In this document: positions 36,281-45,104 of the stretch, piece by piece | Numbering within the stretch: position 1 is the first letter of the stretch | How the letters are laid out: each line of letters begins with the position of its first letter | Source of the DNA: a virus | Lineage: Duplodnaviria; Caudoviricetes | Length of the DNA stretch: 48,694 nt | IMG/VR virus record: IMGVR_UViG_3300030523_000008 | Location: 1-48,694 of that record | Reading direction: 5' to 3' (one strand) | The notes under the pieces: model-generated | The model's input: only the letters and a program-made list of their open reading frames with translations | Databases searched by the model: none | Told to the model about the DNA's origin: nothing | Made by a program: the position numbers and the translations under genes

Positions 36281-36303
36281 CCCGGTTCTAGCCCGGGATT
36301 TTT
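36281..36303 (+). terminator. Probable intrinsic terminator
   Basis: CCCGG-TTCTAGC-CCGGG-ATTTTT. Confidence 0.55.
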
Positions 36304-36331
36304 GCTGTGCGGAAGGCGCTCGGAAAATAGA

Positions 36332-36375
36332 TGCGGAACCATCCGCTTTTCCGCTTGTGATGCGGATAAATCCGC
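36332..36375. promoter_or_regulatory. OL operators
   Basis: GCGGAACCATCCGC (36333) and GCGGATAAATCCGC (36362) match the OR consensus. Confidence 0.8.
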
Positions 36376-36434
36376 GCTAGGTTCTCCCCATCACCCCGGC
36401 AGCACCCTTGCTCCGGCCTGGATGGGAAGCCCCG

Positions 36435-36734
36435 ATGCCCCGCGCAATCACCCTAACCGCCTCGCTGGCCCGCGCCTCCGGCCTAGACGCCGGCAACATG
36501 CAGATGCGCAAGGCGGGCCGCACCAAGTGGAACCTCGCCGATCGCAACCGCGCGGCCGAAGTCACGAACCGCCTCATGCTCTCGGTGCCGTTCGAACAGG
36601 GTGGCCTGAGCGGTCTCGAATTCACGCATACGATGCTGGATCACCTCGGGGTCACGGCCGCGCAAGTCATCGCCTCCGGTAACAGTCTCTTCGGCCACAA
36701 CGGCGGCCCGGCGCTCATGAACGAGGCCGCCTGA
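36435..36734 (+). CDS. Hypothetical protein, first gene of the + strand early operon
   Basis: GGGAAG RBS; C-terminal GHNGGP motif. Confidence 0.7.
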   Translation: MPRAITLTASLARASGLDAGNMQMRKAGRTKWNLADRNRAAEVTNRLMLSVPFEQGGLSGLEFTHTMLDHLGVTAAQVIASGNSLFGHNGGPALMNEAA

Positions 36735-37228
36735 TGCCCCGCACCGCAGCCGAGACCGAGACTTTCACCGCCGCAGAGCTTGCCGCGGTCGGCGCCGCCA
36801 TGGATGCATCGATAGCCCATGGCCTAGAGGCCGCAGCTGCGAATCAAGCCAAGTCTGAGCGGAAGCAATTCAGGATCAACATCGCTGCGATGCGCACTGT
36901 TCTCTCCAGGCGCTTCCCGAAAGCATTCCTGAGCAAGGGATCAGTTAAGCGCCCTTTGGCGCTCGGCATTGACAAAGCCATTATCGAAGCATGGCCAGAT
37001 GTTGATCCGGTCCTCTTGAAAGAAGCCCTTTGGGACTACACGCGAGGGATGAAATATCTCGTGTCCTGCATCGAAGGAGCCGAACGCGTCGGGCTTGATG
37101 GTTCGCCGGCCGGTTTGATCACTGCGGATCAGGCCGGCTTCGCCAAAGGATTGCTGAAAAAGCTCACAAAGAAATTTGGCGGCACGCCGAAGCGCAACAA
37201 CGCCGGCCCGGCGATGGAGGCCGCGTAA
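36734..37228 (+). CDS. ProQ/FinO-domain RNA-binding protein
   Basis: L..RFPKAF..RPLALGI..L.EAL..YTR...YL...EGAERVGLDG.P.G.IT. Confidence 0.88.
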   Translation: MPRTAAETETFTAAELAAVGAAMDASIAHGLEAAAANQAKSERKQFRINIAAMRTVLSRRFPKAFLSKGSVKRPLALGIDKAIIEAWPDVDPVLLKEALWDYTRGMKYLVSCIEGAERVGLDGSPAGLITADQAGFAKGLLKKLTKKFGGTPKRNNAGPAMEAA

Positions 37229-37380
37229 TGCCCGCCCCGATCAACCTCGGTTTCCTGCCGCCCGAACCCGATCCCGTCTCCCGCATGATCGTCCAGTCCG
37301 TCGTGGCCTTCGTCGACGCGCTTGCCGCGATCGGGATCGTGGTGGCCGTGCTGGCCATGTGCATCGCAAGGGGAGCGTGA
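37228..37380 (+). CDS. Small membrane protein
   Basis: 50 aa, one hydrophobic helix, TAATG coupling. Confidence 0.55.
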   Translation: MPAPINLGFLPPEPDPVSRMIVQSVVAFVDALAAIGIVVAVLAMCIARGA

Positions 37381-37381
37381 C

Positions 37382-37747
37382 ATGGCCGTAACCTACCTTC
37401 TCATGTCCGACGCCACCATCCATGAGTCCGAGGAGGGCTTCGCTTGGTCCGACTCGCTCAATCTCCTCTGGAACGGCGATTACTGCGGCACGCCCCGGCT
37501 CCTCGTCATGGACCTTCGAGCCGGCACGGTCACGGATTGCACGAACGCGGCGCTGATCGAACTCGCGGACCGGGCGGAGCGTGAAGGCGAGACGCCGCGC
37601 CATCTCATGGCGCCGTTCGACGCGGCTGGGCTCGCATATCCGACTGAGCGGCAGTTCCGGCGCCACGAGCCATGCGCCGGGATGGGCCGGCTGGTGATGG
37701 CGGGGTTCGGTGATGACGAAGCGCAGCGTGAGGGTGTCGGCCGGTGA
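37382..37747 (+). CDS. Hypothetical protein
   Basis: GGGAG RBS. Confidence 0.65.
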   Translation: MAVTYLLMSDATIHESEEGFAWSDSLNLLWNGDYCGTPRLLVMDLRAGTVTDCTNAALIELADRAEREGETPRHLMAPFDAAGLAYPTERQFRRHEPCAGMGRLVMAGFGDDEAQREGVGR

Positions 37748-37979
37748 TCTCTCATGGGCGGCCGAATGGATCAAAGCCTATGAGGTGGATCCTGTTACCC
37801 CCCATGACGTCGAGCGGCACCGGAGGGTGCTCGACTGGCTCAACGCCGAGGTTGCTCGGCGGATCAATGATGCCGTGTACCGGGGCGCCGCGAAGCTACT
37901 CGGCACGACGCCCGCGAAAGTACGATCCGCCGCGAAGCGCAGGGCCGAACGCGAGCTGGCCAGGATGGGAGCACACTGA
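37713..37979 (+). CDS. Hypothetical protein
   Basis: In operon; HTH-like AAKLLGTTPAKV. Confidence 0.55.
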   Translation: MTKRSVRVSAGDLSWAAEWIKAYEVDPVTPHDVERHRRVLDWLNAEVARRINDAVYRGAAKLLGTTPAKVRSAAKRRAERELARMGAH

Positions 37980-38275
37980 TGTCCGACCACGCCACCCACG
38001 AGCCGCCACACCTCGCGGTCGTCGCCTCCACCGAGTTCCGCCGCTTCCACAACGCGCTGCGCACCCTGGTGAACCTCGACGCCAGCGAGTTGATCGCGGC
38101 CGGCGTTATCGACGAACCCACCGGGTTCCGGCGTTTCGAAGACGACCCCTATCGCTGGTTCATCCGCGCCAATGACGCCCGTGCCGCTGCGCTCTGGGCC
38201 TTGATCCAGTCGCGACAGCCCGAGGCGCTGCGGACCGACCCGCCGCTGTCCCGATACGCGCTTGCCGCAGAATAG
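37979..38275 (+). CDS. Hypothetical protein
   Basis: TGATG coupling, GGGAG RBS. Confidence 0.7.
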   Translation: MSDHATHEPPHLAVVASTEFRRFHNALRTLVNLDASELIAAGVIDEPTGFRRFEDDPYRWFIRANDARAAALWALIQSRQPEALRTDPPLSRYALAAE

Positions 38276-38284
38276 GAGACCGCC

Positions 38285-38383
38285 ATGCCCATCCCCGATT
38301 TTCTCCACGCCACGATAAACGGCCTCGTGGCTTTCGCGGCCGTCGGCGCCGTTCTCGCACTGTGCCTGCGGAGGGCGGGGTGA
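38285..38383 (+). CDS. Small membrane peptide (32 aa)
   Basis: AGGAG RBS; hydrophobic helix. Confidence 0.5.
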   Translation: MPIPDFLHATINGLVAFAAVGAVLALCLRRAG

Positions 38384-38829
38384 TGGGCGACCTGACCTTG
38401 GACGAGAAAATCAACTTTGCTGAGATGCACGCTCGCGAGTTGGAAGCTGAGAAGCATTTCTTCGATGCCGCTCAGCCGCATCATCCGCTCGGCTTCTCCA
38501 TCGGCTACCGGAACCCATGGCATTGGGACATCATCGCGCGCGAGTGTCCCGGCAAGGCCTCGGCATGGCGTCGCGCGCACCCTAACGGCTCCACAACCGC
38601 GCAGGACGGCGAGCGTGCCCGAGCATTCCGCATTCGAGGTGAACCCGGCAACGTGGTGGTGTTCGACGAACGGTGGAACCCGCATCGGCCGTATCCTCGC
38701 GAGACAACGAAGTTTCGCAGTGTCATGGCCGCCATGGTCTGGATTTGCGAGGAGCTCATGCAGGAACCCGCACCCAAGCTCTCCACCACCGACCCCCGCG
38801 CGGTCGCACAGGGAGGGTCGAGCCGATGA
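38383..38829 (+). CDS. Hypothetical protein
   Basis: TGATG coupling. Confidence 0.7.
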   Translation: MGDLTLDEKINFAEMHARELEAEKHFFDAAQPHHPLGFSIGYRNPWHWDIIARECPGKASAWRRAHPNGSTTAQDGERARAFRIRGEPGNVVVFDERWNPHRPYPRETTKFRSVMAAMVWICEELMQEPAPKLSTTDPRAVAQGGSSR

Positions 38830-39125
38830 AAATACGAACCGTAGAAGTTCGCGAAGGCGAGAACATGGGGCCGGTTGATTGGTCTCATCCCGCGGCAAAG
38901 GACATGTCGGGGATTTGGCGCGAAGTCGAAAAGCAGCCAGAGGGCTTCTTGTTCAACGGTCGGCAGATAGTCTCTATCTGCATGTATGATGGGTGGCCGT
39001 ATTGGACACCAACGCCAGCGGTCTGCTTCATCGGACCTATGAACTCCTCCGAATGGAATTTCTTCAATAGCTACGGCGTGAATTCCCGTAGCATAACAAG
39101 ACGCACGGTCGCACAGGGAGGGTCG
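38801..39125 (+). repeat. 20-bp direct repeat CGGTCGCACAGGGAGGGTCG (38801, 39106)
   Basis: Exact copies, each containing the RBS of the next gene. Confidence 0.9.
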
Positions 39126-39140
39126 GCGGCATGTCGGTGA
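38826..39140 (+). CDS. Hypothetical protein (repeat-flanked cassette)
   Basis: ATG after first repeat; lower GC. Confidence 0.7.
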   Translation: MKIRTVEVREGENMGPVDWSHPAAKDMSGIWREVEKQPEGFLFNGRQIVSICMYDGWPYWTPTPAVCFIGPMNSSEWNFFNSYGVNSRSITRRTVAQGGSAACR

Positions 39141-39370
39141 TGCAGCCGCCTAACCCACCGCCCTCGACGACCGTCATCCTGGAGATCCCCCGGCACGAGG
39201 CCGAGGAGATCAGCGAAGGGTTTGCGGACCTGCTGTGCTGGTGCTGCGGCTTCGTCGCCGCGCTCCCGGAAGAGCTCTCACGACACCCTCTGAACTGGGA
39301 AGTCGCGCGTGAGATCCGTCTCAAACTCATGGCCGCCCTCGGCAATAAAGGAAGGGAGATCCCGTTTTGA
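39131..39370 (+). CDS. Hypothetical protein
   Basis: ATG after second repeat; ends EIPF. Confidence 0.65.
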   Translation: MSVMQPPNPPPSTTVILEIPRHEAEEISEGFADLLCWCCGFVAALPEELSRHPLNWEVAREIRLKLMAALGNKGREIPF

Positions 39371-40521
39371 GCCTCACCACGCACGAGCCCCGCGACGTCG
39401 TGGCGCAACCCGAGCGCATGCCGGTCCGTCGATCATTTACTCAGCAGGAAATCGACACGGCTGTTGACGGATATGTCTCGGGGCTGACGCTTGAAGCCGC
39501 AGCCCACCTTGTAGGCATGGGGCGCTCCGAAACACTGCGGTACCATCTCGTCAAGAGAGGTATACCGCGCCGTTCAGAGCATTCTTACCGCCCAAACCCG
39601 TCCGAATATTTTGAGGCGAACGTTCAGCCTGAACCCAATTCAGGCTGCTGGATTTGGATCGGGCATTGGGATCCTGCTGGTTATGGCATCGCCACCAGCG
39701 GACGCAAAATCATGAAGGCTCACCGCTTCTCATGGTCGATCAACAGAGGCGACATCGGGCAGTCCAAGGTTTGCCACAAGTGCGATGTCCGGTGTTGCGT
39801 CAACCCTGACCACCTCTTCCTCGGCACGCAGGCCGAGAATGTCGCCGACATGGTCGCCAAGGGTAGGCAACGCGCGCCGCAAGGGAGAGCGGCGATGATC
39901 CAGGGGACAGCCGATTGGTTCGCCGCGCGCTGCGGCAAGATCACGGCATCGCGGGTCGGCGAGGCCACCAAGCGCACGCAGAAAGGTGCATGGGGTGCGG
40001 AGCGCCGCACCGTCATGACCGAGTTGGTAGCCGAGCGCCTGACCGGGCAGGCCGCGCAGCACTTCGTTTCGGCTGCCATGCGCTGGGGAACCGAGCAGCA
40101 GGCCGCGGCCGCGCAGGCCTACACGTTCCTGACGGGGCGCGAGGTCAGCGACGTCGGCCTCATCAACCATCCGCGCATCAAGGATAGCGGGGCGAGTCCC
40201 GACGGTTTGATCGGCGACGATGGCGGGATCGAGATAAAATGCCCGATCACGGAAAACCACATCGCGACCTTGCTAGCGAGTGAAGTCCCAGCCGAGCACC
40301 TTCCGCAAATCCACTGGGGCATCGCTTGCAGCGGCCGGGCCTATTGGGATTTCGTGTCCTATGACCCGCGCATGCCGGCGCACCTCCAATGCTTCATCGC
40401 CCGCGTCGAGCGGGACGACGTCGCGATCGCGGCCTTGGAGACTGACGTCGTCACGTTCCTCGACGAGCTTGGGGCCAAGGTCGAGCGGCTTCACACCCTT
40501 TACGATCGGGTGGCAGCGTGA
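39367..40521 (+). CDS. HNH endonuclease fused in frame to a YqaJ/lambda-exonuclease domain (internal start 39895)
   Basis: SGCWIW.G..AHRFSW..CHKCD..CVNPDHL..GT..ENV.DM; then [26 protein letters not shown]. Confidence 0.88.
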   Translation: MSLTTHEPRDVVAQPERMPVRRSFTQQEIDTAVDGYVSGLTLEAAAHLVGMGRSETLRYHLVKRGIPRRSEHSYRPNPSEYFEANVQPEPNSGCWIWIGHWDPAGYGIATSGRKIMKAHRFSWSINRGDIGQSKVCHKCDVRCCVNPDHLFLGTQAENVADMVAKGRQRAPQGRAAMIQGTADWFAARCGKITASRVGEATKRTQKGAWGAERRTVMTELVAERLTGQAAQHFVSAAMRWGTEQQAAAAQAYTFLTGREVSDVGLINHPRIKDSGASPDGLIGDDGGIEIKCPITENHIATLLASEVPAEHLPQIHWGIACSGRAYWDFVSYDPRMPAHLQCFIARVERDDVAIAALETDVVTFLDELGAKVERLHTLYDRVAA

Positions 40522-41006
40522 CCGCCCTCCCCGGACCGCAGGCCGGCGCGAGCGCGAGGCCGTGCCCGGTGCTGACCGATCTTGCGCGGTCGGATTGTCC
40601 CGTCGCTTGGATGCGGGCTCGGCTTCCCGACAATGCGATCCCGACCGGGCAGGATCTTCCGCCCCTACGCGAAAAGGCGATCGGCTGGCTTTCCGACCCT
40701 GGGGTCTGCATTTGGTTTATCCCGGCCATCGTGTGGCGGACGCCGTCTAGTCCGGGCGTGGACGACGAATGGTGGTCTGGCCTGCCCGGACATTACCTCG
40801 ACCTCCGCCGCGACCGCTGGCACCTAAGCCATTGGCTTCCGCTGTCCGGCGTCAACTCGCACGACGCCATCCTGGCGGCCCTTCGCCTCGCTCTCCCGAT
40901 CATCGAGGAAGACGAAGCGGACACGCGCACCGGCGTCACGCCCGCCGGGGAAGCGGTTCGCGACGCCCTCTGTCTCGCGGCTCCGGCACGGGAGGAAGGG
41001 CGATGA
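40518..41006 (+). CDS. Hypothetical protein
   Basis: Coupled ORF. Confidence 0.5.
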   Translation: MTALPGPQAGASARPCPVLTDLARSDCPVAWMRARLPDNAIPTGQDLPPLREKAIGWLSDPGVCIWFIPAIVWRTPSSPGVDDEWWSGLPGHYLDLRRDRWHLSHWLPLSGVNSHDAILAALRLALPIIEEDEADTRTGVTPAGEAVRDALCLAAPAREEGR

Positions 41007-41413
41007 ACCCGGTGCCGGTACGATTGCGCCTCTCGCGAGCGCGCGGCTTCAACCTGCAGGCCCACAGCCTCGCGACGAACGGCTTGCCGGCCGTCGTGGT
41101 GGCGCGACCGACGAAGTGGGGCAATTCCCACGACTGGCGCGAGTGGCGCGAGAGCTTCCCGCGCGACATGCTCGTGCAAGAGGGGCCATGTTTTCGCGAC
41201 AACTGGTGCCGCGAGCGTGCCGCCGAAGAGTATGAACTGGACTGGCGCGATGGCCGGATGGAGCATCTGCGGCCGCATCTTGCCGAGTTACAGGGTCGAA
41301 ATTTGGGTTGCTGGTGTGTCGGTCGCGGTTGCCACGCGGATACTTTGCTCAAGCTCGCCGCCGCCCCGCACCCCGCTCCCACACCGGGCGCGGCCCCTGC
41401 CGAGGTGGCGTAA
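41003..41413 (+). CDS. DUF4326-domain protein
   Basis: RPTKWGN..EL.GRNLGCWC..CHADTLL. Confidence 0.85.
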   Translation: MNPVPVRLRLSRARGFNLQAHSLATNGLPAVVVARPTKWGNSHDWREWRESFPRDMLVQEGPCFRDNWCRERAAEEYELDWRDGRMEHLRPHLAELQGRNLGCWCVGRGCHADTLLKLAAAPHPAPTPGAAPAEVA

Positions 41414-41586
41414 TGGCGGACGATCCGAAACAGCCCGATCCGTACGACGTGGGAGACGATGATGGCCCGCCCGAGGACGAGTACGACCCCGGCGAGGACT
41501 GCGGCCGGTGGATCAACAGCAGGCTCACGCGCCACTGCAGCTTAGCCGGGACCGAGTTCTGCGATTTCGAATGCCCTTACAGATAG
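41413..41586 (+). CDS. Small acidic Cys-rich protein
   Basis: CG...CSLAGTEFCDFECPY. Confidence 0.7.
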   Translation: MADDPKQPDPYDVGDDDGPPEDEYDPGEDCGRWINSRLTRHCSLAGTEFCDFECPYR

Positions 41587-41597
41587 GATTGCCTCAA

Positions 41598-41945
41598 ATG
41601 AGCCATCACAGCCACGACAAGTCTCTCGCCGCCGTCATGGCGATCTTCGGCAACAAGCCGGAAGTCGCGAAGGACTTCGCCCAACAGACGAAGCGCATGG
41701 ACGTGATCAAAGACCAGCTGAAGGACACACTCGGTCCGACGAACGACTTTCCGCACGGCCGTCTCGTACCCCACGACGAAGGTGGCCTGATGTTCGGCGT
41801 CACCGTCTTCAACGGGCGGGTGATCTTCGATTTCGGCAAACCGATCCGGTCCATCGGCTTCACGCGGGAGGGCGCCCTGGAACTCGCCGAACTCATCAAG
41901 CAGCGGGCGATGGATTGCCCGGCCATCCTCTTCCCCAAAGGGTGA
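41598..41945 (+). CDS. Hypothetical protein
   Basis: LGPT..FP.G.L...DEGGL.FG..VI.DFGKP. Confidence 0.75.
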   Translation: MSHHSHDKSLAAVMAIFGNKPEVAKDFAQQTKRMDVIKDQLKDTLGPTNDFPHGRLVPHDEGGLMFGVTVFNGRVIFDFGKPIRSIGFTREGALELAELIKQRAMDCPAILFPKG

Positions 41946-41949
41946 CGCC

Positions 41950-43497
41950 ATGACGATCCCGACCGCCGCCGAACCCGCCGAGCCCCGCTATTCCGAAAGG
42001 ATTACTTGCGATCGTGACGCCATCATATGCGACGGCCGTGTGCTCACGGTGTCCGAGGTGGTGGACCGGCTGAACGCCGCAATAGCACCACCCGCCCCGG
42101 ACGACATCGTGGCGCTGGTGGATGCCTACAGCGAGGCCGAATGGCAGGCCGGCAACAGCAATGGCCGTGGAGAACTCTTAGCCAATGTCAGAAAGGCTGA
42201 AGAGAACAGCACCGCTGCCCGCGTTGCGTTGCTCGCCGTCATCGGCCGCATGGGGCGGGGGACGCCGATCGAGCTAACTAACCAAGACGTGTTCAACGGA
42301 CTGCATATCGAGAGGCTCGTTCGCGAGTGGTTCTCGACACCTCTAGCCGCCAGCGTCGATCCTCGTCTGGTAGATGGATTGATCGACGTGCTGCGCATGC
42401 GGCTCAGGCGCGCCGCCCCACCACCTCCGCCGGCCAGGGATCTGACCTTGGAGGAGTGGTGGCAAGATCATCTGGATAAGAATGATCGAAATTCTCCCGA
42501 AGAATACCCCGATATGGTGCTCGTCACCTTTGAGGAAATGGCTGATGCCCTAGCGACATGCTCGGCTCGGTCGAGTCGCCAGTCGGCCTCCCCGGCCCCG
42601 GCGCATGTCCCCGAGAGCGAGGGCCACCCGGCCCCCGAGTGCCAGGACAGCCGGGATACTTTGGGACGAGTGGTTCGAACCGCGTGGGTTAAGTGGGCCA
42701 ACACGCAGCCGAACCCAAAGCCGACGTGGCTCACGTCGTTCGACGATTTGAGCGAGCCTGACAAGGAGGCCGACCGCCAGATTGGTGAGGCCGTGCAATA
42801 TGCCATCCTGACTACCACCCCTACCGAGCCTAGCCCCGAAGCGTCGGCCCAGCCCCGCGGGCTTGACCCCGTTGTTCCGCTCGCGGATGCGATGTGGCAA
42901 CTACTCGACGATATGGGCGCCGATGGTCTGTCCGTGTGTCCGGCAGCCAAAGCCGCTGCGCGATTGGCGTACGAGCCGTTTGCCGACGTTGACGCCCCTC
43001 TGGCGTACACGGTAGCCGACGCTAGGGCCGTCGCTCTGTCATCCACCGCCACCGAGCCCAGCCCCGACGCGCTGCTGGGCTTCCCCTGCAAGGGCGGCGG
43101 CGTAAACGACCTTATCTACTGCAAGAAATGCGGTCTCGAATGGGAGTACGCCAAGACGGACAGGCCGGCGTGCCCGAAGGTCGACGCGAGCCGGGATGCC
43201 GCGAAGGCTCTTGCGGCCACTAACCCGGATGCGCCGCAGGAGAACACCCGCGACAAAGACCTTTGGGAGATCGAGCGTGTCATTCACCTTCTGGGGTTTC
43301 GGCTTGTGCCGTTCGCGTCAGCCCAGCCGAACACCGAGATCGCAAAGACTGTCGTAACCGGTGTGATGCGGCAAGTTGGACTAGAGGCACTTCGCACCGA
43401 CAACGTAAGGGACAGCAGCGAGGAAGGACGTTGCGAGCGGATCTTTCGAGCTATGCTTGCGGTCGCGCCCGCCCCGTCCAGCGAGGGGAGCGTATGA
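41950..43497 (+). CDS. Mosaic multidomain phage protein
   Basis: Short domains joined by Pro/Ala linkers; RyR-like and CxxC segments. Confidence 0.75.
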   Translation: MTIPTAAEPAEPRYSERITCDRDAIICDGRVLTVSEVVDRLNAAIAPPAPDDIVALVDAYSEAEWQAGNSNGRGELLANVRKAEENSTAARVALLAVIGRMGRGTPIELTNQDVFNGLHIERLVREWFSTPLAASVDPRLVDGLIDVLRMRLRRAAPPPPPARDLTLEEWWQDHLDKNDRNSPEEYPDMVLVTFEEMADALATCSARSSRQSASPAPAHVPESEGHPAPECQDSRDTLGRVVRTAWVKWANTQPNPKPTWLTSFDDLSEPDKEADRQIGEAVQYAILTTTPTEPSPEASAQPRGLDPVVPLADAMWQLLDDMGADGLSVCPAAKAAARLAYEPFADVDAPLAYTVADARAVALSSTATEPSPDALLGFPCKGGGVNDLIYCKKCGLEWEYAKTDRPACPKVDASRDAAKALAATNPDAPQENTRDKDLWEIERVIHLLGFRLVPFASAQPNTEIAKTVVTGVMRQVGLEALRTDNVRDSSEEGRCERIFRAMLAVAPAPSSEGSV

Positions 43498-43973
43498 TGA
43501 AGACCCAGATCACTCACGCAATCGAGCGGACCAGCCCTAAAGGACTCGGGCAAGAGTTCATCGGTACGTGCCGCCTCTGCGGTACGCCAAACCTTCGTGC
43601 TGGAGACGCCCTTAAGCCGTGTCCAAATCAGCGTGGGCTCTCCTCCGACGATGCGTTGATCGAAGCCATTGCCGGAGATGCGGACCTCGATACAGAAGGT
43701 GATGCGAGCAACATCCAGTTTGTTAGCCGTTACGATGCAATCGGAGGCCCGCCTGATCCAGCAACGATGGGCGAAGACCAGTGCGAGGGCATGGGGTTTG
43801 TTCCTATCAGCGAAAACGAAGACGAAGAGCCATGGGCTTCTCTGTGGAAAGAAGCTGAGGCCAAGTCCCGAAGTGATGATGGCTACCACTTCGTAAGGTG
43901 CCCATCCTGCAACGGAACCGGAAAGAAAGTTCCACCCGCACCCGAAACCAAGACTGAGGAGCCGGGACGATGA
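43494..43973 (+). CDS. Hypothetical Cys-containing protein
   Basis: H.IERTSPKG..F.GTC.LCG; CPSCNGTG. Confidence 0.7.
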   Translation: MMKTQITHAIERTSPKGLGQEFIGTCRLCGTPNLRAGDALKPCPNQRGLSSDDALIEAIAGDADLDTEGDASNIQFVSRYDAIGGPPDPATMGEDQCEGMGFVPISENEDEEPWASLWKEAEAKSRSDDGYHFVRCPSCNGTGKKVPPAPETKTEEPGR

Positions 43974-44389
43974 ACGAGCGTTTCTGCTATCTCAGCCCGG
44001 CGAAGCTGCATCTCTTGCGCCGCTCCGTCGAACCCATAGACGAGGCGTTCGATGCGGTAGGAACTGTCCTTGTCGGGTCCGTTCTGACACGATCAAGCTA
44101 CCGTGATGTCGACGTTCGGCTAATCTTATCCGACAACGATTTCCAACGCTTGTTTGGTGCCGAACTGGATCAATACCACGGGCTGGCGACAGCACTCTGG
44201 ACCTCGCTGGCGGTCACCTACTCGCACTACCTTTCCAGCGTAACCGGCCTCGACGTCGACTTCCAAATTCAGGCTATGTCCGTCGCCAATGACGGTAGTG
44301 AGCGACATACAGGCATCAGAGACGCGTTGATTGTTCCTCCGCCTCTGGATCCGGTCGCCCCACCCCACGCCGACGAGCCCCGCTCATGA
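43970..44389 (+). CDS. Minimal nucleotidyltransferase-like protein (Pol-beta fold)
   Basis: VLVGS..YRDVDVRLIL..VDFQIQ: GS, DxD and third Asp. Confidence 0.7.
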   Translation: MNERFCYLSPAKLHLLRRSVEPIDEAFDAVGTVLVGSVLTRSSYRDVDVRLILSDNDFQRLFGAELDQYHGLATALWTSLAVTYSHYLSSVTGLDVDFQIQAMSVANDGSERHTGIRDALIVPPPLDPVAPPHADEPRS

Positions 44390-44904
44390 CCGCGACCGAC
44401 CCCGCCACCGTCCGCCGGGAGGCGATGGAAGAGGCTTCCCGGATCGCCGACAAGCGTCAGACGATGCTTGAGGCCAAGGGACGTAGGCACCCCGACAACA
44501 GCCCGTCTCGCGAGGCGTGCGCCCAGGCAGCATACGAGGCCATGTGGCTCGCCTCCGCCATCCGCGGAGCCGCCACCCGTCCGGCCGAAGCGACGGGCGA
44601 TGTGAAGCTGGTCGAGACGCGCCAACGGTTGCGCGAAATCATCCTCGGCTGGTCCGGCTTGGACGAGTCGGATCTTGAGCCGATCGTCGACGCGATCATG
44701 CGGGAGGTTATCGTCCCTGTAGACAGGGGTTACGCCATACTAGGCAGAACTTATGATGGCGTCGATGTACTTCAGCCTAAGACGCCTCCGAGTGCCTTTT
44801 TGCTTGGTTTGGTTGGCAAGCCTGACGAGTATGCAGTCTATGTCGAAGAATGGAAGAGGCGGGAAAAAGAAGCCGCCCTCGCGGCAGAACGGAGCGAGCT
44901 ATGA
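44386..44904 (+). CDS. Hypothetical protein
   Basis: ATGA coupling. Confidence 0.65.
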   Translation: MTATDPATVRREAMEEASRIADKRQTMLEAKGRRHPDNSPSREACAQAAYEAMWLASAIRGAATRPAEATGDVKLVETRQRLREIILGWSGLDESDLEPIVDAIMREVIVPVDRGYAILGRTYDGVDVLQPKTPPSAFLLGLVGKPDEYAVYVEEWKRREKEAALAAERSEL

Positions 44905-45104
44905 CCGAAGCAGAAAAGATTAATACCGCAATTGGCATCGCCGTTCAGTACGGCGGGATCGATGGAGAACACCACAAAACGTGGGTCATTGACCAGATGG
45001 TTCGTATTCTTGCAGGTGACCAATACGACACAATCGTGCGGGAAGCCTGCGCTGGCAAGGATGGTCCAGATACATACGGATGGGATGATGGAATAGCGCC
45101 ATGA
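44901..45104 (+). CDS. Small conserved phage protein
   Basis: YGGIDGEHHK.WVIDQMVR.L..WDDGIAP. Confidence 0.75.
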   Translation: MTEAEKINTAIGIAVQYGGIDGEHHKTWVIDQMVRILAGDQYDTIVREACAGKDGPDTYGWDDGIAP

